Notes under the pieces: generated by a model
Seen by the model: only the letters and a program-made list of their open reading frames with translations
What the model was told of the DNA's origin: nothing
Database searches by the model: none
Shown here: in pieces, positions 22,135 to 30,982 of the stretch
Layout of the letters: the number at the start of each line of letters is the position of its first letter
Numbering within the stretch: position 1 is the first letter of the stretch
Made by a program: the position numbers and the translations under genes
IMG/VR virus record: IMGVR_UViG_3300021168_000016
Location: 61,422-125,421 of that record
DNA length: 64,000 nucleotides
DNA from: a virus
Strand: one strand, 5' to 3'

Positions 22135-22440
22135 GATTCGATGCGATGCAATACGCTGAAATATGATAGGATTTGATGGAATATAATCTAATCGGATTAG
22201 ATTTGATAAGATACGAAGTATTTTTATACTGGAATTATGATAGGATCAGATCAAATCTGATGGAATCAAATCGGATAAAATAAGATCGAATGTGATCTGA
22301 GAGAATGAGATTTAATTTGATAAGATATGAAGTATTTTTATACTGGAATTATCATGCGATGAGATAAGATGTAATATAATCTGATACCATCAGCCAAGAT
22401 CTGTTTTGATGGGACCGGATGCGATATGATACGAGATTTT
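22135..22440 (+). ncRNA. Pentamer-coded guide array (RAT-NN), 3 units
   Basis: Strict 5-nt phase, mostly GAT/AAT + variable NN (16, 18 and 16 pentamers); units separated by repeated GATAAGATAYGAAGTATTTTTATACTGGAATTAT (22205-22238, 22319-22352) containing an AGTAT-TTTT-ATACT hairpin. Confidence 0.75.
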
Positions 22441-22459
22441 TCACTTTCGGAGAATCTCT

Positions 22460-23164
22460 GTGCTACAAGACTCCCTCGACAAAATAATCGGAACATACTT
22501 TGCAGGAATTACTCGATCAAGTTTTACTTACAAAGACAGAGTCTACCCACCACAAAATCTTTTAGTAAGTCATTTGTTGTTTAGAGGATACACTTGTCCT
22601 GAAAATTGTGGAGGGTGTTGTCCGCGATTTTCTCTGGATTACCTGACCTCAGAGTACTGTCCGATGCCACAAGTCAAACTCAGGGAAGTTGACTTTAATG
22701 GGAGTAAGATTCCCATTATATCCGATATGCAACTTGATCATCAGGACCACCATTGCAAAAATCTGACTAAATCAAACGGCAGATGCGGAATTCACGGAAA
22801 CCAACCATTTTCATGTGATTTTGAATTATGTCGATTTCTAACCTTCAATGACAGAAATGTATTAACTTCCAAATTATTCGGTAGAGGCTGGGCTTTTCTT
22901 CGAACCGATAACGAAAGAGGAGCTCTTTGTGAGATGCTTCCAGTCACTAAAGAAACGATTGACGAAGTCATAAGGAAGCTGATCCGATTAAAGCAGTGGG
23001 CAGAGTATTTCGGCGTCGATCATTGCTTAGACGCTATAATCCAATGGGCAAGATCAGGATCAGGAATGGATCTTCTTATCCCGAAACACAAAAAGGTGGG
23101 ACTAAATATAAAAAGCATTTCCGGCCCGCAAGAAGAAGACCCGTTAATTCAAATAGAGTTATGA
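22460..23164 (+). CDS. YkgJ-like CxxxCxxCC Zn/Fe-cluster protein
   Basis: CPENCGGCC...HHCKNL...GRCGIHGNQPFSC. Confidence 0.6.
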   Translation: MLQDSLDKIIGTYFAGITRSSFTYKDRVYPPQNLLVSHLLFRGYTCPENCGGCCPRFSLDYLTSEYCPMPQVKLREVDFNGSKIPIISDMQLDHQDHHCKNLTKSNGRCGIHGNQPFSCDFELCRFLTFNDRNVLTSKLFGRGWAFLRTDNERGALCEMLPVTKETIDEVIRKLIRLKQWAEYFGVDHCLDAIIQWARSGSGMDLLIPKHKKVGLNIKSISGPQEEDPLIQIEL

Positions 23165-23613
23165 AAAAACTACCTATTAGAAACAGAAAACTCCCTAAGA
23201 AGGGGCTGCTTCGCAAGAAAAAGGAATTCTGTAAAACAAGCCACCCATTGTGGAATGTTTACTCTAGTATGGACACTAGGTGTAATAAGGATAATAGTTC
23301 CGACTACCGCCACTATGGCGGACGAGGAATTAAAATGTGTGAAAGATGGTCGTCTTCACTTAAAAATGATAAAGGCTTCTGGAATTTTATAGAAGATATG
23401 GGTCCAAGACCTGAAGGTCGTACACCTTCAGGAAAACGGCCTGCTTTCACACTAGAACGTAGAGATAATAATCTAGGTTACAGCAAAAAAAACTGCTACT
23501 GGGCACCTTGGAAGGAACAAGCCAATAATAGACGAAAACCTAAAAGCATCGCTCAACTGGCTAGAGCCAAAGCGTTTACTAATGTTATGAGATTAGGATT
23601 CTACGGTAGTTAA
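23161..23613 (+). CDS. HNH-type homing endonuclease-like protein
   Basis: YRHYGGRGIKMCERW...F..DMGPRP...TLERRDNNLGYSKKNCYWA..KEQANNR. Confidence 0.75.
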   Translation: MKKLPIRNRKLPKKGLLRKKKEFCKTSHPLWNVYSSMDTRCNKDNSSDYRHYGGRGIKMCERWSSSLKNDKGFWNFIEDMGPRPEGRTPSGKRPAFTLERRDNNLGYSKKNCYWAPWKEQANNRRKPKSIAQLARAKAFTNVMRLGFYGS

Positions 23614-23764
23614 AGAAGGTAGGCTTGAACATAAAGAGTATCGGACTCGTAGAAGAAGAACCTCTCATCCAAATTACACATTAGTAATCATGAATTTCGG
23701 ATTTTTCATCTGATGATGAAGCACGAATCGTGATGTTTACAAATAACAGAAAAGGAGAAGAAAA

Positions 23765-24046
23765 ATGCCGGAAGATAGAATGAAAGTTATTGCAGCTAAA
23801 CTGCTCAACCTATTCGGTGCTAGAGGCCAGCACTGGATAAGAGGTGAAGAAAGCAACGGTAATGGCGACTACTGCCTGATAGGTGGTATGAAAGAGTTAA
23901 ACCTTACTCATGAAATGAAAACGTTACAAAGAGCTGTACGTGAAAAGACAAAGCATACTTCCATCGCAGCATTTAACGACCAGCACTACTGGCCTACCAT
24001 CAAAGACTTTCTCTGCAGTTACATCCGTCCGAAAGTAAAGAAATAA
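23765..24046 (+). CDS. Hypothetical protein (W..G...YCLIG...FND family; related to 38464-38811)
   Basis: Shared C-[LA]-[IL]-G and ND motifs. Confidence 0.5.
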   Translation: MPEDRMKVIAAKLLNLFGARGQHWIRGEESNGNGDYCLIGGMKELNLTHEMKTLQRAVREKTKHTSIAAFNDQHYWPTIKDFLCSYIRPKVKK

Positions 24047-24058
24047 AAGGAGGCTGTC

Positions 24059-24475
24059 ATGCCACTAAATGTACCACTTCTACGCGAAATTCAGAAGCAG
24101 ATACTGGAGAAGCCCAACACTTTCTTCATGAGAAATTGGATAAGAAGAAAAAAGTTTGAGGGTTCTACCTACATTAATGATGAAGGACTCAGTACTAGAT
24201 ACGCTGAGTGTGGAACTGTTGGCTGTATAGCTGGGACCGCCTGCCTGATAATGGAGCGTGAAGGGAAACTTTCCGAACTTAACGGCGCAGATGACATCAA
24301 AAGCGGGGCAATTGACCTACTCGGCCTTAAGGACGTAGGAAATTCACTCTTCTACGTGGATAACTGGGACTGTGAAATTCGTAAGGAGTACAGAGAAGCA
24401 CCAACAGCTAAGTGTCGGGCTGTTGCGGCGTGTAAACAGATCGATCTGTACATCGAACAACACAAAGGAGAATAG
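24059..24475 (+). CDS. Tandem paralogue 1 (MPLNVxLLR...CGTxxCIAG family)
   Basis: Aligns by eye with the three following ORFs. Confidence 0.75.
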   Translation: MPLNVPLLREIQKQILEKPNTFFMRNWIRRKKFEGSTYINDEGLSTRYAECGTVGCIAGTACLIMEREGKLSELNGADDIKSGAIDLLGLKDVGNSLFYVDNWDCEIRKEYREAPTAKCRAVAACKQIDLYIEQHKGE

Positions 24476-24477
24476 CT

Positions 24478-24924
24478 ATGCCAAAGTTAAACGTACCTCT
24501 ACTGAGAGAAATACAGAAGCAGATCCTCAGGGAACCAAATGGCTTCTTCATGAGATCTTGGATACGCAGAAGAAGTCATGATAATGAAGAATTCTTTTCT
24601 GGCGATATTGTAGCAGGAGGATCAGATCTACAAAGATTTCCTGAGTGTGGTACAGCTGCATGTATTGGAGGCTGGGCAGTATTACTTTCCGGAGGCACAT
24701 ATAACGAGAACGTAGAACCTATAGCCAAATCCCTTCTAGGCCTTTCTAGTACTTGGCTCTTCCAAGTTTCGACTTGGGATAGAGATCTCCAAGGAAAGTA
24801 TTGGTCTGAGCCATCAGTCGAGTGTCGTGCAGCTATCGCTGCTGAACAAATCGAACGTGTCATTCAACGCTACGGAGAAAAGGAGAGTGAAAGTGAAAAA
24901 GTCACTAAATGTGAAGCTACTTAG
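24478..24924 (+). CDS. Tandem paralogue 2
   Basis: LNVPLLREIQKQIL..P..FFM..W...CGTAACIGGWA. Confidence 0.75.
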   Translation: MPKLNVPLLREIQKQILREPNGFFMRSWIRRRSHDNEEFFSGDIVAGGSDLQRFPECGTAACIGGWAVLLSGGTYNENVEPIAKSLLGLSSTWLFQVSTWDRDLQGKYWSEPSVECRAAIAAEQIERVIQRYGEKESESEKVTKCEAT

Positions 24925-25309
24925 AAAGGTGCAGAAGCATATCATGAAGGAGCCTAAGCGTCTCCTCATGGGAGAGTGGCTAGTCACCAAATCTAAGAAA
25001 GTTCCCCAGTTTGAGAACGATGCAGGCGAATGGGAACATTTTCCGAAGTGTAATACAGCTGCCTGTATAGCCGGATGGGCAGTTATGTTACATGATAAAC
25101 ATCCTCCACGAGGAAAATCAATTGAGACTAGAGCTACCAAGATATTGGGTGGTAGCTCTATGGACAGCTTGTTTTATACCTCTCTGTGGAAGCTAGAGCA
25201 CGAGTTCAACACAGCAGAAACTCCTCGTCAACGAGCTAAGATAGCCGTTAAAGAGATCGATCACTTCATCAAAGAACATGAGAAGAAAAAAAGGAGTTTA
25301 GGTAAGTAG
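24893..25309 (+). CDS. Tandem paralogue 3
   Basis: LNVKLLRKVQKHIM..P...M..W...CNTAACIAGWA; GTG start after AAGGAG. Confidence 0.7.
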   Translation: MKKSLNVKLLRKVQKHIMKEPKRLLMGEWLVTKSKKVPQFENDAGEWEHFPKCNTAACIAGWAVMLHDKHPPRGKSIETRATKILGGSSMDSLFYTSLWKLEHEFNTAETPRQRAKIAVKEIDHFIKEHEKKKRSLGK

Positions 25310-25344
25310 CTTTGGAAGTTAAATAAGGATGAAAGGAAAATCAA

Positions 25345-25800
25345 ATGCCGCTAAATGTTAAACTGCTTAGAAAGATACAGAAACGTATCCTAACCCAACC
25401 ACAGGCATTCTTTATGCACGACTGGATACGTAGAAAAGAGTATTCCTCCAACAATACATTCCAGAATCCAGACACAGGTAAAGTGACAGAATTTACCACC
25501 TGTGGTACTGCTGGCTGTATAGCAGGATGGGCTATCCTGTTAACAGAGAAGAAAGGAGATGCGAAACTCATCTGGTCTAGCCAAATCCAGGAGAAGGCCA
25601 CAGAGATACTTGGCCTAAGCCCCGGTGAGGACCTCATATTTGGTTCACCAAACTGGGGGACAGAACTTAGCGATGCTTACGAAAATGCTAAGTCTGATCT
25701 TTGTCGTGCTGCTGTAGCGGTGAAAGCAATAGACAACCTGATTGAGCGGCACAAGGCAAAGAAACCTAAGGCTGTATTAAGCTCCTTTGAGAGCTTCTAA
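25345..25800 (+). CDS. Tandem paralogue 4
   Basis: MPLNVKLLRKIQKRIL..P..FFM..W...CGTAGCIAGWA. Confidence 0.75.
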   Translation: MPLNVKLLRKIQKRILTQPQAFFMHDWIRRKEYSSNNTFQNPDTGKVTEFTTCGTAGCIAGWAILLTEKKGDAKLIWSSQIQEKATEILGLSPGEDLIFGSPNWGTELSDAYENAKSDLCRAAVAVKAIDNLIERHKAKKPKAVLSSFESF

Positions 25801-25807
25801 TCAGCAG

Positions 25808-25848
25808 CAAAGGCTCTTGGATTAGGAAATGTTATCCAAGAGCCTTTG
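25808..25848. terminator. Bidirectional terminator between convergent genes
   Basis: 15-bp perfect inverted repeat CAAAGGCTCTTGGAT / ATCCAAGAGCCTTTG. Confidence 0.8.
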
Positions 25849-25867
25849 GGGTTTGGGCTGGGACAGA

Positions 25868-26542
25868 TTACAGGGCTGCTTCGGTAACAGTGAATCCAAC
25901 TGCACTGTTATCTGCAACGATGTCAACTGGAGCTGAGGTAGCAGTGATAGTTCCCGTAGCCAATGTGTCAGAGAACCCAACAGTTACTCCCGTAGCATCA
26001 ACCACAGGCTTAACCACGGATCCTAAGAACACGAGTCCGGTCGTATCAGCTGCGCGGGGAGGAGTAGCGGTGGGATCGCCGGGATCAGCTGCTACGGTTA
26101 AGGTAGCCGGTGCAGAACTAGTCGCGACCACTACCGTGCCGGTAGGAAGGGGTACGGAACCGCCTGCTGCATTGACGGGAGTAAGGGTGAAAAGAACACC
26201 CTTACCGTCGTCTAGAATTTGTAGGTCAACTGTCGCCTTAGCCTTTGCCATTAGTTTCTCCTTTGATAGAACGGTTTCAGTTACAGTAAATCCAACCGGA
26301 ATTTGAGAGGGCTCCAAATAGCTAAGGATGGTATCAACCTTAGTACTCATTGCCGATTGTACTACAATCACTTCTTTAATCAAGTTTAGAAGTTGTATAT
26401 GAGCAGCTTCAGTCTTACCGACAGTAGAGGCAATCAAATCTACTGTGAATTCAATCTCGTCTATATCCTGTTGCAGCCTATTCAACTCATTAAGAATGCT
26501 ACAGGTGTCTCTTCCTACCCAACCTCTGTTATCATCAAGCAT
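25868..26542 (-). CDS. Thr/Val/Ala-rich beta-sandwich protein with N-terminal coiled coil; internal second start at 26251
   Basis: VGFTVTE occurs twice; strong internal RBS AAAGGAG before MAKAKAT. Confidence 0.6.
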   Translation of the reverse strand: MLDDNRGWVGRDTCSILNELNRLQQDIDEIEFTVDLIASTVGKTEAAHIQLLNLIKEVIVVQSAMSTKVDTILSYLEPSQIPVGFTVTETVLSKEKLMAKAKATVDLQILDDGKGVLFTLTPVNAAGGSVPLPTGTVVVATSSAPATLTVAADPGDPTATPPRAADTTGLVFLGSVVKPVVDATGVTVGFSDTLATGTITATSAPVDIVADNSAVGFTVTEAAL

Positions 26543-26580
26543 AGGATTTTCTTGAAACTAACTATAGACTTTTAAGACTA

Positions 26581-26609
26581 ATAGTAGGACACTTTCACAA
26601 TAAAGTCAA
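26581..26609 (-). promoter_or_regulatory. Sigma70-type promoter
   Basis: On - strand TTGACT-17 nt-TACTAT, upstream of the gene starting at 26542. Confidence 0.6.
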
Positions 26610-26618
26610 GAGGTATTT

Positions 26619-27176
26619 ATGGCCGGTGACAACAAATACTGGAGAGGATTCGCTCGGTTAATCCTTTGGCCTGTAACTATCGTCGACAACGGAACAGAGC
26701 GAACATGCCATTGGTTTCAGAGGATGACAGGCTTAACTAATTACTGGCTACTAGGGAAGGAATCAATTGGCGTCTCATTCACCGTACTGGCTGAGTTCAT
26801 GGCACATGCAGCTGGATTGAAAGGATATGCTTGGTTCACATCCCATCTGATTCCGGGAGGTTGGCCATGGAAGATTGTTGCTGGGGCTGTCATAGTGAAC
26901 TATCTAGTTGATGGGGCATTCTACTGGAAAGTAAAAGAGCAGAGAGCATTTATACGGCTCTCACATGGGTTAGCTAACCCTAACAAGATGAATTTGATTA
27001 GAGTCTACCGCCTACTTCTGCTTGCTACCTGCTGGATTGACATGTATTTACTCGCACTAATGATCTATTTCTTTCTGGATTCCTGTGATCCTTTACCTCC
27101 ATGTAAAGGGAAGGTTAGAGAGTGGTGGGAGAATAGGAACAAGAAGTTAATCCCTGTTGAGGTGATAGAACAATGA
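26619..27176 (+). CDS. Membrane protein, hypothetical
   Basis: Several hydrophobic segments; GAGG RBS. Confidence 0.55.
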   Translation: MAGDNKYWRGFARLILWPVTIVDNGTERTCHWFQRMTGLTNYWLLGKESIGVSFTVLAEFMAHAAGLKGYAWFTSHLIPGGWPWKIVAGAVIVNYLVDGAFYWKVKEQRAFIRLSHGLANPNKMNLIRVYRLLLLATCWIDMYLLALMIYFFLDSCDPLPPCKGKVREWWENRNKKLIPVEVIEQ

Positions 27177-27898
27177 AAGAAAGATATGATTTCTCCGAAG
27201 GAACACAAGGGAAGTATGCTCAGGCGAAGGAATGGATAGTACTGCTTAATGCCTGGAGAGCAGCAGCTGCTCTATTGATGCAACACATCCGTACCTGTGC
27301 TATCTGCCATGCAGCAGAAGCAAATGGAGGAGTATCGTACTGTGAGATGAATGATAGGATGTGGGAAGAGATGATGTCGTATGAATACAAGGTGAAGGCT
27401 GTACTACCTGAGATGCGTGATGCTGGTGTAGATGTAGATAGTGTTATAAAGGATTTTAAGTAGATAACTAAATGATATATACAGTACTCATCCTCCCTAC
27501 TACTATGTGTTCTGTATAGTAGATCTCTATTTATAACGTATACATACAAGCATCAAGCAATAGAGAAAACAGTATCAGAAAGCAATAGTATATACATCCG
27601 TAGTAGGATGTTAAAGCATAGCCGGTAAACCACTTATACACCAGTTGATTTGTAGTAGTAGGATCCAACCAAGGACGTCGAGTTTCATATGCCTCGTATG
27701 CGATATGCGAATGTGCGCTGTGCATTAAACGACATATGGTGGAATCAAGTATCCACTCCGTTCCGATGGGAAAAACCTCTTTCGAGGACAACCAGCTTTC
27801 ATGGCTTACATGTGCCCTACACACGCGACTATTACAGCACTCAATAACAGCAGCCCGTTGTTTGTTGCCGGAGGTTACACGTTGCTGCGAAGTTCCTC

Positions 27899-28261
27899 TC
27901 ATACAACTCTGGCTAAACTCAACTTAAATTCTCTATCAATTTCTTCGATTTCGTGCTTAGTAGTAGCACTTCTTTTAATCATTCTTTCATGCAATCTTTG
28001 CTGTCGTCTTACCCACTTCTGTTTCCTCTTGGAAACATCCTTAACAGGCTTAAGCTTTTCCTGCTTAGGTTCACTCGCTATGTTAACCTGATAGGCTTCG
28101 TAATGGAAGCCTTCATAGGAACTGAGTCTGCGTTCCTTAGTAAGCAGAGGCTTTATGCCTTGTTCAGTCAAGCAGGAAGGACACTCGTTAGCGAACCCCG
28201 GCTTGCCAGGAAGCAGTTCAAATTCTTCTGAGCAGTGTCTACAAGTTAAGATTCTGTTCAT
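27899..28261 (-). CDS. Zinc-ribbon hypothetical protein
   Basis: CRHC...KPGFANECPSC followed by a basic helix. Confidence 0.5.
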   Translation of the reverse strand: MNRILTCRHCSEEFELLPGKPGFANECPSCLTEQGIKPLLTKERRLSSYEGFHYEAYQVNIASEPKQEKLKPVKDVSKRKQKWVRRQQRLHERMIKRSATTKHEIEEIDREFKLSLARVV

Positions 28262-28322
28262 ATAGCTATTCTGTTTGTCTTGAATTAGGTCTTGACAGGA
28301 AAGACTTTCTCTCGACAGTGAT

Positions 28323-28366
28323 GTTATATAATATTTGCTTGACTTTTGTCAAGCATTATTTATAAT
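28323..28366. promoter_or_regulatory. Overlapping divergent sigma70 promoters with a palindrome
   Basis: + strand TTGACT(28339)-16-TATAAT(28361); - strand TTGACA-18-TATAAC; the -35 boxes form the palindrome TGCTTGAC-TTTT-GTCAAGCA (28336-28355). Confidence 0.6.
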
Positions 28367-28517
28367 GAATGCTCCAACCTTCAGACCTTTTCTCGACAAA
28401 AAGCTCGAAGAAATCAACGCCGACGAGCCATCGTCGGCTTTGGTTTGTATTGACCTTTTATACCGGCCTATTAATCAACTGATAGGTGTAGTAAAATCCA
28501 ACGAAGGAGTTAACAAA

Positions 28518-28805
28518 ATGTCACCGTTTGCACAAAACTCCATGCTGTCACAACAACAACAACAGGGACAACAATCTCAGACCAGCGAGTATAAGCCGAA
28601 ACTGGTTTATGCTACTCGTCAGAACCATCATGAGGATCCCGTGGAGCTGGCATTTGCAGTCACCGATCCAGCGACCGGATCTGAAAAGATAATCACCGTT
28701 AACAACATCGACAGCCTCACCCTCTTTGAGTCTACCCAAGAGGGACAGCAATGGGTGCAGCAGGTGAAACAGCAGAGCCAACGCAACATTCGTCGCGTGG
28801 CCTAA
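28518..28805 (+). CDS. Gln-rich small protein
   Basis: GAAGGAG RBS; poly-Q N-terminus; flanked by its own promoter and terminator. Confidence 0.6.
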   Translation: MSPFAQNSMLSQQQQQGQQSQTSEYKPKLVYATRQNHHEDPVELAFAVTDPATGSEKIITVNNIDSLTLFESTQEGQQWVQQVKQQSQRNIRRVA

Positions 28806-28864
28806 CCTCGCTCTTGTCTACCGCTTAACCTTTAACTAGCCTACCTTTAAACATAGTCGTGATG

Positions 28865-28895
28865 GGGCGAGGACGCGATTCCTCGCCCTTTCTTT
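28865..28895 (+). terminator. Rho-independent terminator
   Basis: GGGCGAGGA / TCCTCGCCC stem followed by TTTCTTT. Confidence 0.75.
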
Positions 28896-29141
28896 ATAGG
28901 GAAGGTAGTATGACCCCACACAAACAGATTACAAAGAAAGTCAGTGCTAACTGCTTGAAAGGGAAGCACAGCATCTGCTACACAGATAGTTGCCAATGCA
29001 GATGCCCCACCCATCTTGGACATACCAGTGAGAACCGACGACCTAGCTATAAGCTATCACAGAATTCTAAAGTAGAAAGGAGTCAATCATGAGGAATCAT
29101 TTAACTATGATTCAAATCTGTTCGAGAAAAGAAGGGGTAGT

Positions 29142-29801
29142 ATGCAACCAAGTCTCAAAACCTCCCTAGTATTGCTATGTCTTCTGCTGGTTACATTCCC
29201 AGCATTAGCACAGCAGAAGATAACAGGTGCTCATGTCACTGCAGCTTATGCGAATGGCAAAGCAACCTTCACAGTTTACAATGATTCTGATCGAGAGATA
29301 AAGGTGTGGCAGATCAGAACCGTCGCCAAGTATCCAAATGGACATGAACAGATCGGAGGTAAAGGAGAAATCAATTCTTTGCCTGCGGGAAAGTCTGTCG
29401 TGTTCGAAGATGCTAACGATTATGGACCTGCGGTTTCAGTCACGGCTGAAGTCACCCTAGTTGTCTACGGTGACAACAGTGCTGAGGCAACCGACGAAAT
29501 CGCTCTTGCTAGAATAATTGCAGAGCGAAAGAGTCGTGCTTACACGACTGCTCTTTTGTCCTCAACCCTTAGGACAGCAGCCATGGACGAACAGCCGACT
29601 GCACGGCTGAGAAGTGATCTGCAGTCGCTCATGTCATCTCCTGATAAGAGGATAAATAAAGCCTTGATATCAGGGGCCATCGACGATATTAAAAATATCG
29701 CTGATGATGGTCATGAGCGGGAAGCGATACAACAGAGAGCTACCTTCTTTCAACGGATGTCTAAAGCCAATGACACCGGTGAGATTAGGAGGCTCCAATG
29801 A
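29142..29801 (+). CDS. Secreted protein
   Basis: Sec signal peptide ending PALA-QQ. Confidence 0.65.
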   Translation: MQPSLKTSLVLLCLLLVTFPALAQQKITGAHVTAAYANGKATFTVYNDSDREIKVWQIRTVAKYPNGHEQIGGKGEINSLPAGKSVVFEDANDYGPAVSVTAEVTLVVYGDNSAEATDEIALARIIAERKSRAYTTALLSSTLRTAAMDEQPTARLRSDLQSLMSSPDKRINKALISGAIDDIKNIADDGHEREAIQQRATFFQRMSKANDTGEIRRLQ

Positions 29802-30868
29802 AAATCCTATTTGCTGTATTGGTTCTAAGTTGCTGCCTGCATGCTCAGGACCCTAACTGTAGCTATGGGACAATGACCCCGACCGGAGTGGCTGCTGGTT
29901 GCCAAGCTGGTCCGGGTCAAACTCCTCCCTTCCAACCTGGTACAGTAGTTCCCAATCCAACTACTTACTCGTTCAACGATCAATGTTGGGACGATTCGTC
30001 CGGCATTTCCAAGTTGTACGGGAGCATGGGCTCATCCGTTACGGGACAGGGCCAATGCCTGAGTCTAGGATACCATCCTGGAATTACCTGGCAGCTGTGT
30101 TTCCCGCAGAGTGCTCCCGTGGAGATAGATGCTTTTACCTCCGGTGGATATAACCAGTTTTACAATTACGCCTACGATTACTATTTTGTAGTAAGCGGCG
30201 GGGGTATAGCTGGAGGACCAATAAAAGGGTCATGTCAACCGACGGGAACTGGGAAGTTTGATCTGAAGCAATGTCACGCCAAAGCCTGCCTCTTCTGCGG
30301 TAATGGGGGAGGCAGTCCAATCATCCTGGACGTAACGGGAGAAGGGTTCCATCTAACGTCAGAAGAAAATGGAGTTAAATTCGATATTCTGGCTGATGGA
30401 AATCCTGTCCAAACGTCCTGGACTGATCCACATTACCACACAAGCCTCCTGGTACATGACGTTCCCACGAACGGCAGACTCACTGGGAAGAACTTGTTTG
30501 GGAACCATACTTACAATGGCTGCAGAAATGGTTACTGTGCTTTAGCCGAGTTTGCTCGCGTAGACTTGACTAAGACTAGTACCATTGACAGCAGCAACGC
30601 AGCCTTTGCTAAGTTGAAACTGTGGGATGATGTCAATCATGATGGTATTGCTCAACCTAACGAGTTGAGTAGTTTGTCATCGAAAGGAGTGACTTCGTTG
30701 AGTGTGGTTGGCACGTCGAATTCTTACACCGACGTCTACGGTAATTCCTTCAGGTATAAGGGGAAGGTAAATCCGTTGGGCCAACCATCAACAGATCACG
30801 TCGATCGAACTAGCTATGACGTGTTCTTTGTATTCCAAGAACCACCTCAACCAGAATGTGTTTACTAA
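29798..30868 (+). CDS. Secreted Cys-rich protein with SPIILD...GVKFDI...DG...W Ca-binding-like domain
   Basis: Signal peptide; C-terminal GSPIILDVTGEGFHLT...LWDDVNHDGIAQPNEL...YDVFF module seen in bacterial secreted proteins. Confidence 0.6.
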   Translation: MKILFAVLVLSCCLHAQDPNCSYGTMTPTGVAAGCQAGPGQTPPFQPGTVVPNPTTYSFNDQCWDDSSGISKLYGSMGSSVTGQGQCLSLGYHPGITWQLCFPQSAPVEIDAFTSGGYNQFYNYAYDYYFVVSGGGIAGGPIKGSCQPTGTGKFDLKQCHAKACLFCGNGGGSPIILDVTGEGFHLTSEENGVKFDILADGNPVQTSWTDPHYHTSLLVHDVPTNGRLTGKNLFGNHTYNGCRNGYCALAEFARVDLTKTSTIDSSNAAFAKLKLWDDVNHDGIAQPNELSSLSSKGVTSLSVVGTSNSYTDVYGNSFRYKGKVNPLGQPSTDHVDRTSYDVFFVFQEPPQPECVY

Positions 30869-30982
30869 TGACAAGAAGTTAGACAACAATCAGCTGGTAC
30901 CCATTTAGATATCTAGCAGCCCTCACTGGTTATGTGGGGGCTGTCTTTACTGGTATATTACTCTAAAAAGGAGAAAATAACA

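Noticed and set aside
22135-22328. In-window targets for RAT units U1 and U2
   Set aside because: Best by-eye matches (e.g. S..LFR...C in ORF 22460, QHLG in ORF 102) are too weak; my manual search was not exhaustive
22135-22440. Canonical CRISPR array
   Set aside because: Only two linker copies; the intervening ~80 nt are themselves 5-nt periodic; no cas1/2/3/5/6 present
27173-27463. Antitoxin-like N-terminus MKERYDFSEGTQGKYA
   Set aside because: Similarity limited to about 15 residues and no cognate toxin nearby
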